From the NCBI GenBank assembly GCA_963665095.1, contig OY762069.1, positions 4,096,001 through 4,160,000 on the forward strand: a stretch of DNA of 64,000 bases. Reading direction: 5' to 3'. The position numbers were made by a program, and so were the translations under genes. Each line of letters begins with the position of its first letter. The first letter of the stretch is position 1. Positions 20,401 to 28,849 of this stretch are shown here, piece after piece. The stretch is from an uncultured Desulfobacter sp. (lineage in GTDB: Bacteria > Desulfobacterota > Desulfobacteria > Desulfobacterales > Desulfobacteraceae). Below the pieces are notes generated by a model. That model was not told the DNA's origin and did not search any database. It worked only from the letters and a program-made list of their open reading frames with translations.

Positions 20401-20875
20401 AAACATACTGGTTTTCCCGGCCTTCAGGGGGAAGATTGAAAAGGAAGTTTCTGTGCCTGATTTCCCAGTCGGCCATTGGTACTTTTCTTCCGGTAAGTTT
20501 GTTGTGGGTTAAAATAAAGTTGCCGCGGGTATCTTTGACAAAAACAAACAGTTCAATCAGATCTGTATGGGGCCAGTCAAATTCCAATAACATATCGCCG
20601 GGTTTCGGCAGGTTGGTCTGAATGGTGAATTGCAGCCAGAAAGTGGCATCGGTGTAACCCAGATTGGGAACATCGCGTTTGCTTTTTTTAAATCGTCCTG
20701 CCGTATGCTGTTTGACGATATCATTGATGGTCCATTTACCCTGTTTATCCTCCAGAAGTTCAATATGGCCGCCCAGGGGATAGCATCCTTTGCCCTGCTC
20801 TATCACAACAGGAAGGGCTGCATGGGATAGTGCAGTGACCAATTGTAATAACATGCAATAGAGAAACAGTTTCAT
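17444..20875 (-). CDS. Hybrid sensor kinase: 7TMR-DISM extracellular and 7TM input, HisKA, HATPase, two REC domains, HPt
   Basis: PNLGYTDATFW, GAFYGLMFVIIFYNL, GLGYEYLWP; FLANMSHEIRTP; NLINNAVKFT, DTGIG, GGTGLGL; LVFVD and FMDIQMPVMDG; AHTIKGLAANIGA. Confidence 0.92.
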   Translation of the reverse strand: MKLFLYCMLLQLVTALSHAALPVVIEQGKGCYPLGGHIELLEDKQGKWTINDIVKQHTAGRFKKSKRDVPNLGYTDATFWLQFTIQTNLPKPGDMLLEFDWPHTDLIELFVFVKDTRGNFILTHNKLTGRKVPMADWEIRHRNFLFNLPPEGRENQYVFIKLKTDDSLRAPLTLWKKQAFWQHAKNEYCLMGAFYGLMFVIIFYNLLVYLTTKDLSFLLFILHIAPTALFELSFNGLGYEYLWPFFPQFNIKAMPIFVFLLIGFAAIFSKQFLSLKAYIPLSDRLMNIIIALSAIGLLILFVVPAPLANIYTASLAGIYPVVLLFISFQSLRHRIPYSKHFIFIWALVLVSTSIAGLTFLGVLPHGKFTNYFHQCCSALEASLFSIVLAGRINALREKNKKIALIGKQAEQKREAAVASSKAKSAFLANMSHEIRTPINAITGMLYLLKETELTPVQQDFTEKMRTSASALLGIINDILDISKIEAGKLKLEQIDFELNTVIENVTTLVEMTTARKNLDLIVSYDNITCMHLHGDPLRLGQVLTNLINNAVKFTNRGEVGIYCKKIGENRFRFDVTDTGIGLTDEEIGRLFLSFSQADKSTTRKYGGTGLGLAISKHLVEMMDGRIWVKSMSGRGSVFSFEVTLFEQPENTESSVESETFDDKTALIIDGSASWRRILQKMLGQYHIRTQAISDGKKAVDMITREKFDLVFVDRNIQAMGWKETITAINRQPGSGTGIIVMTQAYHQKRMMQEAEKEKIAAFLLKPVSPFYLHNIIHKIFTGETIEQTPPQSSINIASLRKEIKTLKGSQILLVDDIKLNREIICGILTGSGIMIDEAENGQIALEMVRNAPEQYELIFMDIQMPVMDGYEATKQIRRINQHIPIIALTASAMESDVRQAMEIGATRHLRKPVEVDQLFLTLLKFVSKKCEPCNISDTSSGQPEASVENVKASLEEGLQALTQLDVPLGLRHTNGDKTLFIKLLCNFAGEYQGVTTKLRETIDKDKNQAERIAHTIKGLAANIGAARLHKLAEQIEMTLDQTLLPAFDEALNDVIGEIRASSIFQAQPDRVTLKKITTQKCNELWEQLSEAVETRRPHLIQPLLAVLEEAALEPDDAKLFENVKTALKKYRFHQALDAIKQKK

Positions 20876-21052
20876 TCAGGGAAACCTGTGTCTAAATTTT
20901 TAAACGGGATTTGACTGGATTGTTACTGTCAAATCTATAACGGATTGAAAAAAATGTCAAAAAAGGAATTTTGTACCTGCCGGCCCGCAGGTGTTATGGG
21001 TTCAACATCCTGAGCGAAAAATTTGTCTTTTGACGAAGCGTTGTCTGATAAC

Positions 21053-21085
21053 AACAAAGGCCCCGCAATTAACAGGGCCTTTGTT
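21053..21085. terminator. Possible terminator hairpin downstream of the ThiF-nitroreductase gene
   Basis: AACAAAGGCCC...GGGCCTTTGTT. Confidence 0.5.
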
Positions 21086-21149
21086 CTTTTACAAAAATTG
21101 GGAGGGAATCATAAATTGGGGGTCAGGTAATATTCCATTTTTTATTTTT

Positions 21150-23177
21150 TCAGTCCAGCAAGTTGTCAAAGCCCTGCCTCAGGGTGCCGAAACGCATATC
21201 TTCGCCCATGCCAAATCTGAACAGCATGATCTGGGCTTTCTCATCCAGGTTGGGGATGGAAAAAAGAGAGTTATATTCCGGTTTTATTTTTTCCAGCATT
21301 TTGGTGTGGGCCGCTGAAAACTCAACGTCTCCTTCCATCTGAAGTCGCAGGAAGAACATGGTGAGGGCCGTCATGGGCTGGAACTGGTATCCGGCATGGG
21401 TCAGGCCCAGCCAGATCCGTTCCAGGGCCCGGCCGCCGTTAAGGAGCTGGTCGCGTCCGGTGCCGTCCACAGTTACAAGGCCCACGCCGGAGGCGTTCAT
21501 GATGCCCTTATGGGCGACAGCCGCCACGATTCGTCCGATGCCAAGGGTATTGGCAATGCTCATCATGCCCCAGCTTTTGGTCAGCTTCAGGAAGAGCTCG
21601 CCTTCCGGCCCGCCTTCCAGGTTTTTAAGGTAGAACCCGTCCCTTTTTTCCATGGCGTCGTCCAGGGTAAACCGGATCATGGCATTAAGGTGTTCGTGCA
21701 GGTCCCGGCGTTCGGTTCTGATCCGGTCCGCCATACTGACAAGACGGGCCACTTTCTCAAGCGCTGCCCGGTCCGTGATAAAATGGACTCCGGTGCCCTG
21801 GATATCCTTAATTGAGGAGGAGAGCCGCTCTAACATGGGCGCTGGCGGATCAGCTATTTTAAACAGTTTGCGGTTGGTGTGCCGTTTCCATATCATATCG
21901 GCCAGCGGGTCTTTCTTTATACCGGCCTCTTTTGACAGATTAAGTTCTGCCACCTTGTTCCCATCGTTTGAAAACCGGACACCTGCTTTCAGTCCCAGCT
22001 TTGTGGCTGCCAGACGCATGTTTTCAATGGCGGCCCCGCAGGAGATAAGGGATGCGGACTGGTTGACGTTAAAAAAGGAGTGGTCCACAGCCTCGTTTAA
22101 AAACAGGGAGACTTTATCCGGGTCATAACTGAATTTCCAGGGCTGGCAATTGTCGCCGGAGGGTGCCTGGATGCCGGCGTGGATAATATATTCCAGCATC
22201 TCCTTGGAAATTTCTGTATCTGTGGCCTTGACCGCCGGAATTTCCGCCTCTTCCGGGCCAATGGTGGTATTCTTGTTAATCATCTTTTTGACAACTGTTT
22301 TTTTGACCCGCTGCCAGGGATGGCGGTTGCCCATGTGCAGTTTTTTGACAATGTATTTGCCGATGTACGGATCAAACTGGGTAAAGTAGGGAACCGGATG
22401 GATTTTTCCGCGTTTACAAAGAATTTTCACTGCCTCAGTACCGGCAAGTCCTGCGCACAGCTGACAGGCAATGTTCAGGGACGGGCCCTTCCGGGATTTG
22501 AAGCTCACTTTGGAGGTATCCATGTACTTAAACTGGAGTGCTTTGGGAGCGAGCCCTAAGGCAAAGGAGAGATAACGGTCCTCGTACTCCATGCTTTCAA
22601 CAATATCAAAATATTCATCAAAGCCCATACCCCGGTCCGGGGCAAACACCAGCATGGCCGAGCTGAATCCCAAAGGTCCCGCTGTAATTACATGAAGCCC
22701 TTTTTCCCTGGCTTTTTTAAAGAGCATCCGCCGGGCATCAAAGGCGAAAAAGTCCAGAGCGTCAATGACCAGATCCAGTCCGTCCAGAAATTCATCAATG
22801 TTGTCCGGGCCGATCCCTTTGGGGAATTCTTTAATGGTTATAAAGGGGTTGACACTTAGTGCCTGCTCCTTCATCACCGTCATTTTCTGTCGTCCGAAAT
22901 CAGGGACCCGGGCACCGAACTGCCGGTTGATATTGGCCGCCTCATATACATCATAATCAGATATATGAAAATGTCCGATCCCGGTTCTGACCATGGTCAT
23001 GAAGTGGTTGCCGCCAACTCCGCCCATGCCTGGAATCCCCACAGTGGCGTTGGCCAGGGTATCCTGTTCCTCCTGGGTCAAAAGGCCCAGGTTCCGTGAA
23101 AATGCCTCGTCAAAATACTCTTTTCTAGTAAAAAGGCTGTACTCTGCGAGTTTTTCCATCAAAGGTGCAATGTCCAT
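21150..23177 (-). CDS. ThiF-family adenylyltransferase fused to a nitroreductase-like domain (OxzB-like)
   Basis: AFSRNLG, GIPGMGGVGG, DYDVYEAANINRQ (ThiF); AGIQAPSGDNCQPWKF and RHTNRK (FMN nitroreductase fold). Start moved to ATG 23177, which has an AGGAG RBS. Confidence 0.88.
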   Translation of the reverse strand: MDIAPLMEKLAEYSLFTRKEYFDEAFSRNLGLLTQEEQDTLANATVGIPGMGGVGGNHFMTMVRTGIGHFHISDYDVYEAANINRQFGARVPDFGRQKMTVMKEQALSVNPFITIKEFPKGIGPDNIDEFLDGLDLVIDALDFFAFDARRMLFKKAREKGLHVITAGPLGFSSAMLVFAPDRGMGFDEYFDIVESMEYEDRYLSFALGLAPKALQFKYMDTSKVSFKSRKGPSLNIACQLCAGLAGTEAVKILCKRGKIHPVPYFTQFDPYIGKYIVKKLHMGNRHPWQRVKKTVVKKMINKNTTIGPEEAEIPAVKATDTEISKEMLEYIIHAGIQAPSGDNCQPWKFSYDPDKVSLFLNEAVDHSFFNVNQSASLISCGAAIENMRLAATKLGLKAGVRFSNDGNKVAELNLSKEAGIKKDPLADMIWKRHTNRKLFKIADPPAPMLERLSSSIKDIQGTGVHFITDRAALEKVARLVSMADRIRTERRDLHEHLNAMIRFTLDDAMEKRDGFYLKNLEGGPEGELFLKLTKSWGMMSIANTLGIGRIVAAVAHKGIMNASGVGLVTVDGTGRDQLLNGGRALERIWLGLTHAGYQFQPMTALTMFFLRLQMEGDVEFSAAHTKMLEKIKPEYNSLFSIPNLDEKAQIMLFRFGMGEDMRFGTLRQGFDNLLD

Positions 23178-23187
23178 AAGAAATCTC

Positions 23188-23477
23188 CTATTTTTTTGAT
23201 CCGGGACCCAGGTAGATAACCGCAGGCAGACCCACAAGGTCGGCAATGAAAGCGGTCAGCATAATCACGGCACGTAAGACGCCGAAATTAACATGGGTGT
23301 GAATTTTAAAAAAACCATGACACCGAACCCAATACCCGGGGTAACTGATGATGTCGGAATGGCTTGACTTTTTTTCATGGTAACCCGGTTAGGGGCCTCA
23401 TCACGATCCTGGCCTTTCTGCCGCAGCTTGATATATTCATACAGGAAATGGATGGTATCATCAACGGCTTTTCCAGG
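23188..23477 (-). pseudogene. C-terminal remnant of an MMPL/RND-family exporter
   Basis: AVDDTIHFLYEY...AIPTSS...GFGVMVF, then after a frameshift VNFGVLRAVIMLTAFIADLVGLPAVIYLG*, ending just before the ThiF gene RBS. Confidence 0.7.
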
Positions 23478-23754
23478 CGTCATAATTATATATTGGATAA
23501 TGATGCTTATATCCTTTATACTGTCATTTCTATTCATCGTAGAATAGTTCATGTTGTGTATATTTTTTAAAAAAGCGGGTACCCCAAAAAACGACCGGTC
23601 AAGGACAAACGACATCGCAATAAAACACCAGTGAGGCTGCAGTACGAAATTGAGTTTGGTTTTCATCTTTTTTTCTTGACTTCGACAGGAGTTTAAAAAT
23701 ATACCTGACGGTATCACGAACCATTTTTTTTATCTACATAAAATTGAATTATTT

Positions 23755-24498
23755 TTGGGAGTTGTGATGTTTGAATACGGGAAATTCAAATTCAAGGAAG
23801 CCGCAACCCAGGAGTTGAAAGACCAGGTTTACAGACTGCGGTACGAAGTTTATGCCATGGAGTTCGAATTTGAGAACCCTGCCGATTTCCCGGACAAACG
23901 TGAACAGGATGATTATGATCCGTATTCCATTCATTTTGTGGCACTTAATGAGTATGACGAAGTGATAGGTACTGTCAGAATCATTCTTGAAAATGAAAAA
24001 GGGTTTCCTGCGGATCATGCATCTGACACGTCAGGGTTCAAGGACCGGCCTGAAGACAGGCATTTGACGGAAGTGTCCCGCCTGGCTGTATCCAAAACCA
24101 TGAGGCGGCGGCCTGAAGACGGTCTTCACGGGGTGGAGTCTTATCTCCCCCGGTCAAAGGGCGGCGTGGCAGATGCGCCTGACAGGCACAAGGGGTCTGA
24201 AAAACGGCAGCAGCCGGTTATCATCCTGGGATTATACAAGTCGGTATATCTCAAATGCAAGGAACTGGGCATTACCCACATGGTGATGATCACCGAGGAA
24301 AAACTGTTCCATGCCCTGTGTCAGTTTGGCTTTATCTTTTATCAGATCGGCCCGTCCGTGGAATATCATGGCCAAAGAACCCCTTACGGCACCTCATGGG
24401 CTGCCATTGAGCGGTACATGTACGAGACACATAAAGATCTTTTGGAATTTCTCACCTTTGGACTTGATAAAGAAGACCTTCCTGAATTTTTGCAATAA
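23755..24498 (+). CDS. N-acyl amino acid synthase-like GNAT (FeeM/OxzA-like, often labelled PEP-CTERM/exosortase-associated acyltransferase); start probably 23764 or 23767
   Basis: VYRLRYEVYAME, EQDDYDPYSIHF, IGTVRII, EVSRLAVSK, GPSVEYHGQRTPY. Confidence 0.85.
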   Translation: MGVVMFEYGKFKFKEAATQELKDQVYRLRYEVYAMEFEFENPADFPDKREQDDYDPYSIHFVALNEYDEVIGTVRIILENEKGFPADHASDTSGFKDRPEDRHLTEVSRLAVSKTMRRRPEDGLHGVESYLPRSKGGVADAPDRHKGSEKRQQPVIILGLYKSVYLKCKELGITHMVMITEEKLFHALCQFGFIFYQIGPSVEYHGQRTPYGTSWAAIERYMYETHKDLLEFLTFGLDKEDLPEFLQ

Positions 24499-24526
24499 TA
24501 AACAGTACCTGAATGAAAACACCAAT

Positions 24527-24571
24527 TAAAAATACCACTGCCCGGCAGAATGCCGGGCAGTGGTATTTTTA
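24527..24571. terminator. Bidirectional intrinsic terminator
   Basis: TAAAAATACCACTGCCCGGCA-GAA-TGCCGGGCAGTGGTATTTTTA perfect hairpin between convergent genes. Confidence 0.85.
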
Positions 24572-24627
24572 CTTAACAGCCGTTAAAAAGATCGCAATTT
24601 TCGCTGATTAAATTTTGCCTGGGTATA

Positions 24628-25455
24628 TCAGGAGCCCGTGGCAAAAAATGTTTGCGGCTCTTTGGGGGCGGCACAGTTTTCATTGAGCCATTTGGCTTTA
24701 TCTTTAATGGGGCCGTCCTTCATGATTCTTGCCCCTTCCGGACATGCCTTGATACAGGCACAGCACAAAATACAGTTTGCACCGATAGTCATGTACCCGT
24801 TCTCTGCATCAATGGCGTTTGACGGGCAGGCTGTGGCACAGGTGCCGCAGTTGGTACACTGATCCGTGACCTGAATAAAGTCCGGGGCACCCTTGCCCAT
24901 ACCGTCCTTGTAGGGAAAGTTTCCCGGTACCTTCAGAGGCGGCAGGGTTGTCAGATCATTGGTCTCTTTGAGCAGATCCCCTGTATATTTACCAAATTCC
25001 TCAGCCAGGCCCAGGTCGTTTTCATCCGGACGGTTCATGGCCACAGGAATATCTGCGTTTGCAAAGGAGTGTTCTCCAATAAAAGCAGCCCCTGAAACAG
25101 GGATAAATCCACACGCTGTTGCAATATCTCTCAGCTCCAGCAGGGCATCGTCATATTCCCTGTTTCCGTATACCACGGTCAGCAGGGCAGGGGTGCCGGA
25201 TGCCTTCAGCGTTTTAAAAGCGTCTGCGGCATCGGCAGGTAGACGACCGGCATATACGGGTGCCCCTAACAGAACAATATCATCGCTGCCAAAGGCAGCT
25301 GATAAGGAATCGCGAGCTTCCGGACGGGTAATATTAACCGTGGTAATGGTGGCTCCGTCCATGCCAAGTTCCTGGGCAAGGCCCTGGGCAGTCGCCTTAA
25401 GCACTGTTTCTGTGGTCTTGGTCGGGCTGAAATAGACCAGTGTGATGTTTTTCAT
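24628..25455 (-). CDS. Flavodoxin-like domain plus 2x[4Fe-4S] ferredoxin (EFR1-type)
   Basis: VYFSPTKTT, PVYAGRLP, VYGNREYDDALLEL, CTNCGTCATACP, CILCCACIKACP. Confidence 0.88.
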   Translation of the reverse strand: MKNITLVYFSPTKTTETVLKATAQGLAQELGMDGATITTVNITRPEARDSLSAAFGSDDIVLLGAPVYAGRLPADAADAFKTLKASGTPALLTVVYGNREYDDALLELRDIATACGFIPVSGAAFIGEHSFANADIPVAMNRPDENDLGLAEEFGKYTGDLLKETNDLTTLPPLKVPGNFPYKDGMGKGAPDFIQVTDQCTNCGTCATACPSNAIDAENGYMTIGANCILCCACIKACPEGARIMKDGPIKDKAKWLNENCAAPKEPQTFFATGS

Positions 25456-25473
25456 GTTAAAACCTCCTTAAAT

Positions 25474-26214
25474 TCAGCGTATCCTTGTGTTTGGAACAAA
25501 GGGGGAAATAGCTGTCTTTAATTCTTCTAATTCCTCCTGATTGAAAAAATGCGCCTCTTCTTTTGTAAAGTTGTGATCCAGGACAGCCACGTCCCGGGAA
25601 CAGGGCTGCAGAACATATGATGCCGCCCCTTGGATCATTGCGCCAATATTTTTCATGATGCCGGGTGAGACAAACGGCCTTGCACAGGTGGTCCGGAATT
25701 CATACGCCGGTGCCTTTTTCATGATCAGTGCAATGCTCTCCATGACCCGGTCCAGTTGTCCGGGCTGCTTCATGACCATGGGATAATGCTTAAGATCAGT
25801 TTTGATATCCATGGCAATGTAATCCGCAAAACCCCGGTCCAGAAGCTGTTCAACGATTTCCGGCCGGGTGCCGTTGGTATCCAGTTTGATTTTATATCCC
25901 ATCTGCCGTGCTTTGCTGATGAAATCTCCAAGGTCTTTCTGAAGGGTGGGTTCTCCACCGGTGATCACCACGCCTTCAATCATGCCTTTGCGTTTTTCCA
26001 GGAACGCCAGAATCTCTTCCTGGTCCGGAATATAGATATTATCCGAAACGTGTTTGCCGGATCTGCCCTCTCCATCCGGGAGGGCAGATCCGGCAACCAG
26101 ATCCGGGTTGTGGCAGTACGGGCAGGTAAAGTTGCAGCCCCTGGTGAATACTACGCAGGCGATGGCCCCTGGAAAATCAATCAGGGAGTTTTTTTGAAAT
26201 CCGCCGATGTACAT
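25474..26214 (-). CDS. nrdG: Anaerobic ribonucleotide reductase activating radical SAM enzyme
   Basis: SLIDFPG, GCNFTCPYCHNP, TGGEPTLQ, KLDTNG; directly downstream of nrdD. Confidence 0.93.
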   Translation of the reverse strand: MYIGGFQKNSLIDFPGAIACVVFTRGCNFTCPYCHNPDLVAGSALPDGEGRSGKHVSDNIYIPDQEEILAFLEKRKGMIEGVVITGGEPTLQKDLGDFISKARQMGYKIKLDTNGTRPEIVEQLLDRGFADYIAMDIKTDLKHYPMVMKQPGQLDRVMESIALIMKKAPAYEFRTTCARPFVSPGIMKNIGAMIQGAASYVLQPCSRDVAVLDHNFTKEEAHFFNQEELEELKTAISPFVPNTRIR

Positions 26215-26226
26215 GGGAACAACGCG

Positions 26227-28350
26227 TTATGATGCCATTTTATCAGAAACAACTTTATGGGTATTGTAGGTCTTGCGCATGCAGAACTCTGTCTGCTTGC
26301 CGTTGTTCCACTGGCTCACAGGCCGCAGGTACCCGACCACCCTGGAATAGACCTCCGTGTCTGCATTACAGGTGTCGCACTTGACATGCTCACCTGAAAT
26401 ATATCCGTGAGAGGGGCAGATACTAAAGGTCGGGGTCAGGGTAAAGTAGGGCAGGCGGAATGAATTAGAAACCTTGGATACCATATGCTTGACCACTTCT
26501 GTGTCCGCAACCTCCTCACCCAGGAACAGATGCTGAACCGTGCCGCCGGTGTACTTGGTCTGGAGTTCGTCCTGCAGTTCAAGCGCTTCGAACAGATCGT
26601 CGGTATAGTTGACCGGCAGGTGGGTGGAGTTGGTATAGAAAGGATCTGATCCGTTCTGGAATTCCACTTCATTGGCACACAGAATCCGTTTGAATTTTTT
26701 CTTATCCAGGTTGGCAAACCGGTAGGTGGTGCCTTCGGCCGGCGTCGCCTCCAGGTTGAATATTTCGTCGGTGGCCTCCTGCAGGCTTTCAATTTTGCTG
26801 CGGAGATGGTCCATCACTTTGACGGCAAACGCCTGACCCTTGGAAGTAGCAATGCCGTTTTCTTCCCCCAGGAAGTTCAGGCAGGCCTCATTCATGCCAA
26901 GCACACCAATGGTGGAAAAATGGTTCCGCCAATAGACCCCTGTGCTTTCCTTGATTTTTCTTAAGTAAAATTTTGAATAGGGATACAGATCTCCTTCAGT
27001 GAATTTTTCAAGGATTTTACGTTTTATTCCTAAAGATTCGGCGCTCAAATCAACAAGCTTGTCCAGGCGCGCAAAGAAGTCCGCTTCATCCTGGGCAAGA
27101 TAGCCTATTCTGGGCATATTCAGGGTGACAACCCCGATGGAGCCTGTCAAAGGATTTGCGCCAAAAAGACCGCCGCCACGCTTGCGCAGCTCCCGGTTGT
27201 CCAGGCGCAGCCGGCAGCACATGGAACGTGCATCCTCTGGATCCATGTCTGAATTGACAAAGTTGGAGAAATAGGGAATGCCATACTTGCCTGTCATTTT
27301 CCAGATATTTTCCAGTCTGGGATTGGCCCAGTTAAAATCAGCCGTAATATTGTAGGTGGGGATGGGAAAGGTGAAAACCCGGCCCTTGGCATCCCCTTCC
27401 ATCATCACCTCGGCAAAGGCTGCATTGATGGTGTCCATCTCTTCCTGGAATCCGGCATAGGTCTCCTGCTGATACTCTCCGCCGATGATGATCGGAGAAT
27501 CCTTGAGCGTGGACGGTACGTTCAGGTCCATGGTGATGTTGGTAAAAGGCGTCTGAAAGCCTACCCGGGTGGGAATATTGATGTTGAAAACAAATTCCTG
27601 CAGCGCCTGTTTTACCTCTTTATATTCAAGATCGTCGTACCGGACAAAGGGGGCCAGAAGTGTATCAAAATTGGACATGGCCTGGGCACCGGCCGCTTCT
27701 CCCTGAAGCGTGTAGAAAAAGTTGACAATCTGCCCCAGCGCGCTTCTGAAATGTTTGGGCGGGGAGGACTCCACTTTACCGGCCACCCCTTTGAACCCTT
27801 CCATGAGAAGATCCTGCAGGTCCCAGCCCACACAGTAGACAGATAAAAGACTTAAATCATGGATATGGATATCTCCGGAATAGTGGGCATTCCTGACAGG
27901 TGGCGGATAAATTTTATTGAGCCAGTACTCGGCAGTAATGTCAGATGAGATATAGTTGTTCAGCCCCTGCAGGGAATAGCTCATATTTGAGTTTTCCCGG
28001 ACTTTCCAGTCCATACGGCTGATATAGGATTCCATGAGGCCGACGTTTTCATCAATGGCGATTTTCCGGATCTGGTTATGCTGTTCCCTGTAAATAATGT
28101 ATGCTTTTGCGGTTTTGTAAAACGGGGAATCCAGTAGCACCCGTTCCACAATATCCTGTACCTCCTCAACCTCTGGAATGGGGCCTAACTGAAGGTCCCG
28201 TGCAAGGGTCAGCACCCGCATGGTCAGTTTTTTGGCATCTCTGCCGTTGAATTCACCGGTGGCCTCTCCAGCTTTGACCAAAGCACTTGTAATTTTGGAA
28301 GAATCAAAAGCCGCTACCCGTCCGTCTCTTTTTTTGATTTGTTCAAACAT
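26227..28350 (-). CDS. nrdD: Class III anaerobic ribonucleoside-triphosphate reductase with N-terminal ATP cone
   Basis: IKKRDGR ATP cone, HIHDL, SMCCRL, EATPAEG, glycyl-radical loop YSRVVGYLRP. Confidence 0.96.
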   Translation of the reverse strand: MFEQIKKRDGRVAAFDSSKITSALVKAGEATGEFNGRDAKKLTMRVLTLARDLQLGPIPEVEEVQDIVERVLLDSPFYKTAKAYIIYREQHNQIRKIAIDENVGLMESYISRMDWKVRENSNMSYSLQGLNNYISSDITAEYWLNKIYPPPVRNAHYSGDIHIHDLSLLSVYCVGWDLQDLLMEGFKGVAGKVESSPPKHFRSALGQIVNFFYTLQGEAAGAQAMSNFDTLLAPFVRYDDLEYKEVKQALQEFVFNINIPTRVGFQTPFTNITMDLNVPSTLKDSPIIIGGEYQQETYAGFQEEMDTINAAFAEVMMEGDAKGRVFTFPIPTYNITADFNWANPRLENIWKMTGKYGIPYFSNFVNSDMDPEDARSMCCRLRLDNRELRKRGGGLFGANPLTGSIGVVTLNMPRIGYLAQDEADFFARLDKLVDLSAESLGIKRKILEKFTEGDLYPYSKFYLRKIKESTGVYWRNHFSTIGVLGMNEACLNFLGEENGIATSKGQAFAVKVMDHLRSKIESLQEATDEIFNLEATPAEGTTYRFANLDKKKFKRILCANEVEFQNGSDPFYTNSTHLPVNYTDDLFEALELQDELQTKYTGGTVQHLFLGEEVADTEVVKHMVSKVSNSFRLPYFTLTPTFSICPSHGYISGEHVKCDTCNADTEVYSRVVGYLRPVSQWNNGKQTEFCMRKTYNTHKVVSDKMAS

Positions 28351-28434
28351 CTGACTACCTCTTGAAATCTGATTGATATTCGCATACCCTGATGAGAATG
28401 CAGCCCGGGGTTCCAGACTGCAAAATCAGACTTA

Positions 28435-28482
28435 TCGCAATATGTAGTTGGATGTCAAGAAGAAAAAAACCATATCTTGTGT
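28435..28482. promoter_or_regulatory. Tandem NrdR boxes
   Basis: TCGCAATATGTAGTTG (28435-28450) and AAACCATATCTTGTGT (28467-28482) resemble the acaCwAtATaTwGtgt consensus, 32 bp apart, upstream of nrdD. Confidence 0.75.
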
Positions 28483-28758
28483 TTTAACAAAATGCTTACA
28501 CGGACCGATATGCAGCTTGATCAGGCCCCTTTTTTTAGAAAAACCATAACTCCTTGGTATGATTCCAACTTTGCCTGCTGGGTGTTAATTTGGGCTATGG
28601 TACTGGTATTCTGCTTTGCTGTGGGCGGGGTCATTGTGGCCAATGGCACCCCCTGGCTGGCGCCCCATATCTGGTTTCCACTGCTCCTGGCAGGGCTGTC
28701 AGGGTTTCTGGCGGTAAAAGTGTTCTTGCGGTTGCGTATGAGAGCCTGCAACGAGTAG
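28477..28758 (+). CDS. Small two-TM membrane protein; start probably later (MQLDQ)
   Basis: PFFRKTITPWYDS followed by two hydrophobic helices. Confidence 0.65.
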   Translation: MCFNKMLTRTDMQLDQAPFFRKTITPWYDSNFACWVLIWAMVLVFCFAVGGVIVANGTPWLAPHIWFPLLLAGLSGFLAVKVFLRLRMRACNE

Positions 28759-28815
28759 CCTGTGTTCTGAAAAAGTTATTCCCTGAAAGCGTTTTTAAAA
28801 ACCATCCCTCTCATT

Positions 28816-28849
28816 TAGTGCCTGAACGAAAACCCCGTGTCTGGTGTTT
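28816..28849. repeat. Dispersed 34-bp repeat, copy A
   Basis: TAGTGCCTGAACGAAAACCCCGTGTCTGGTGTTT, 33/34 identical to 58835-58868. Confidence 0.8.

Noticed and set aside
17061..21070. AAAGGCCCCGC(G/A)ATT at 17061 and 21056 as direct repeats flanking the kinase
   Set aside because: Both are arms of terminator-like hairpins, and the match is too short to infer a mobile unit
23265..23717. 150-aa ORF as a real gene
   Set aside because: Only its second half is MMPL-like; the first half reads through AT-rich promoter DNA, so it is treated as a pseudogene remnant
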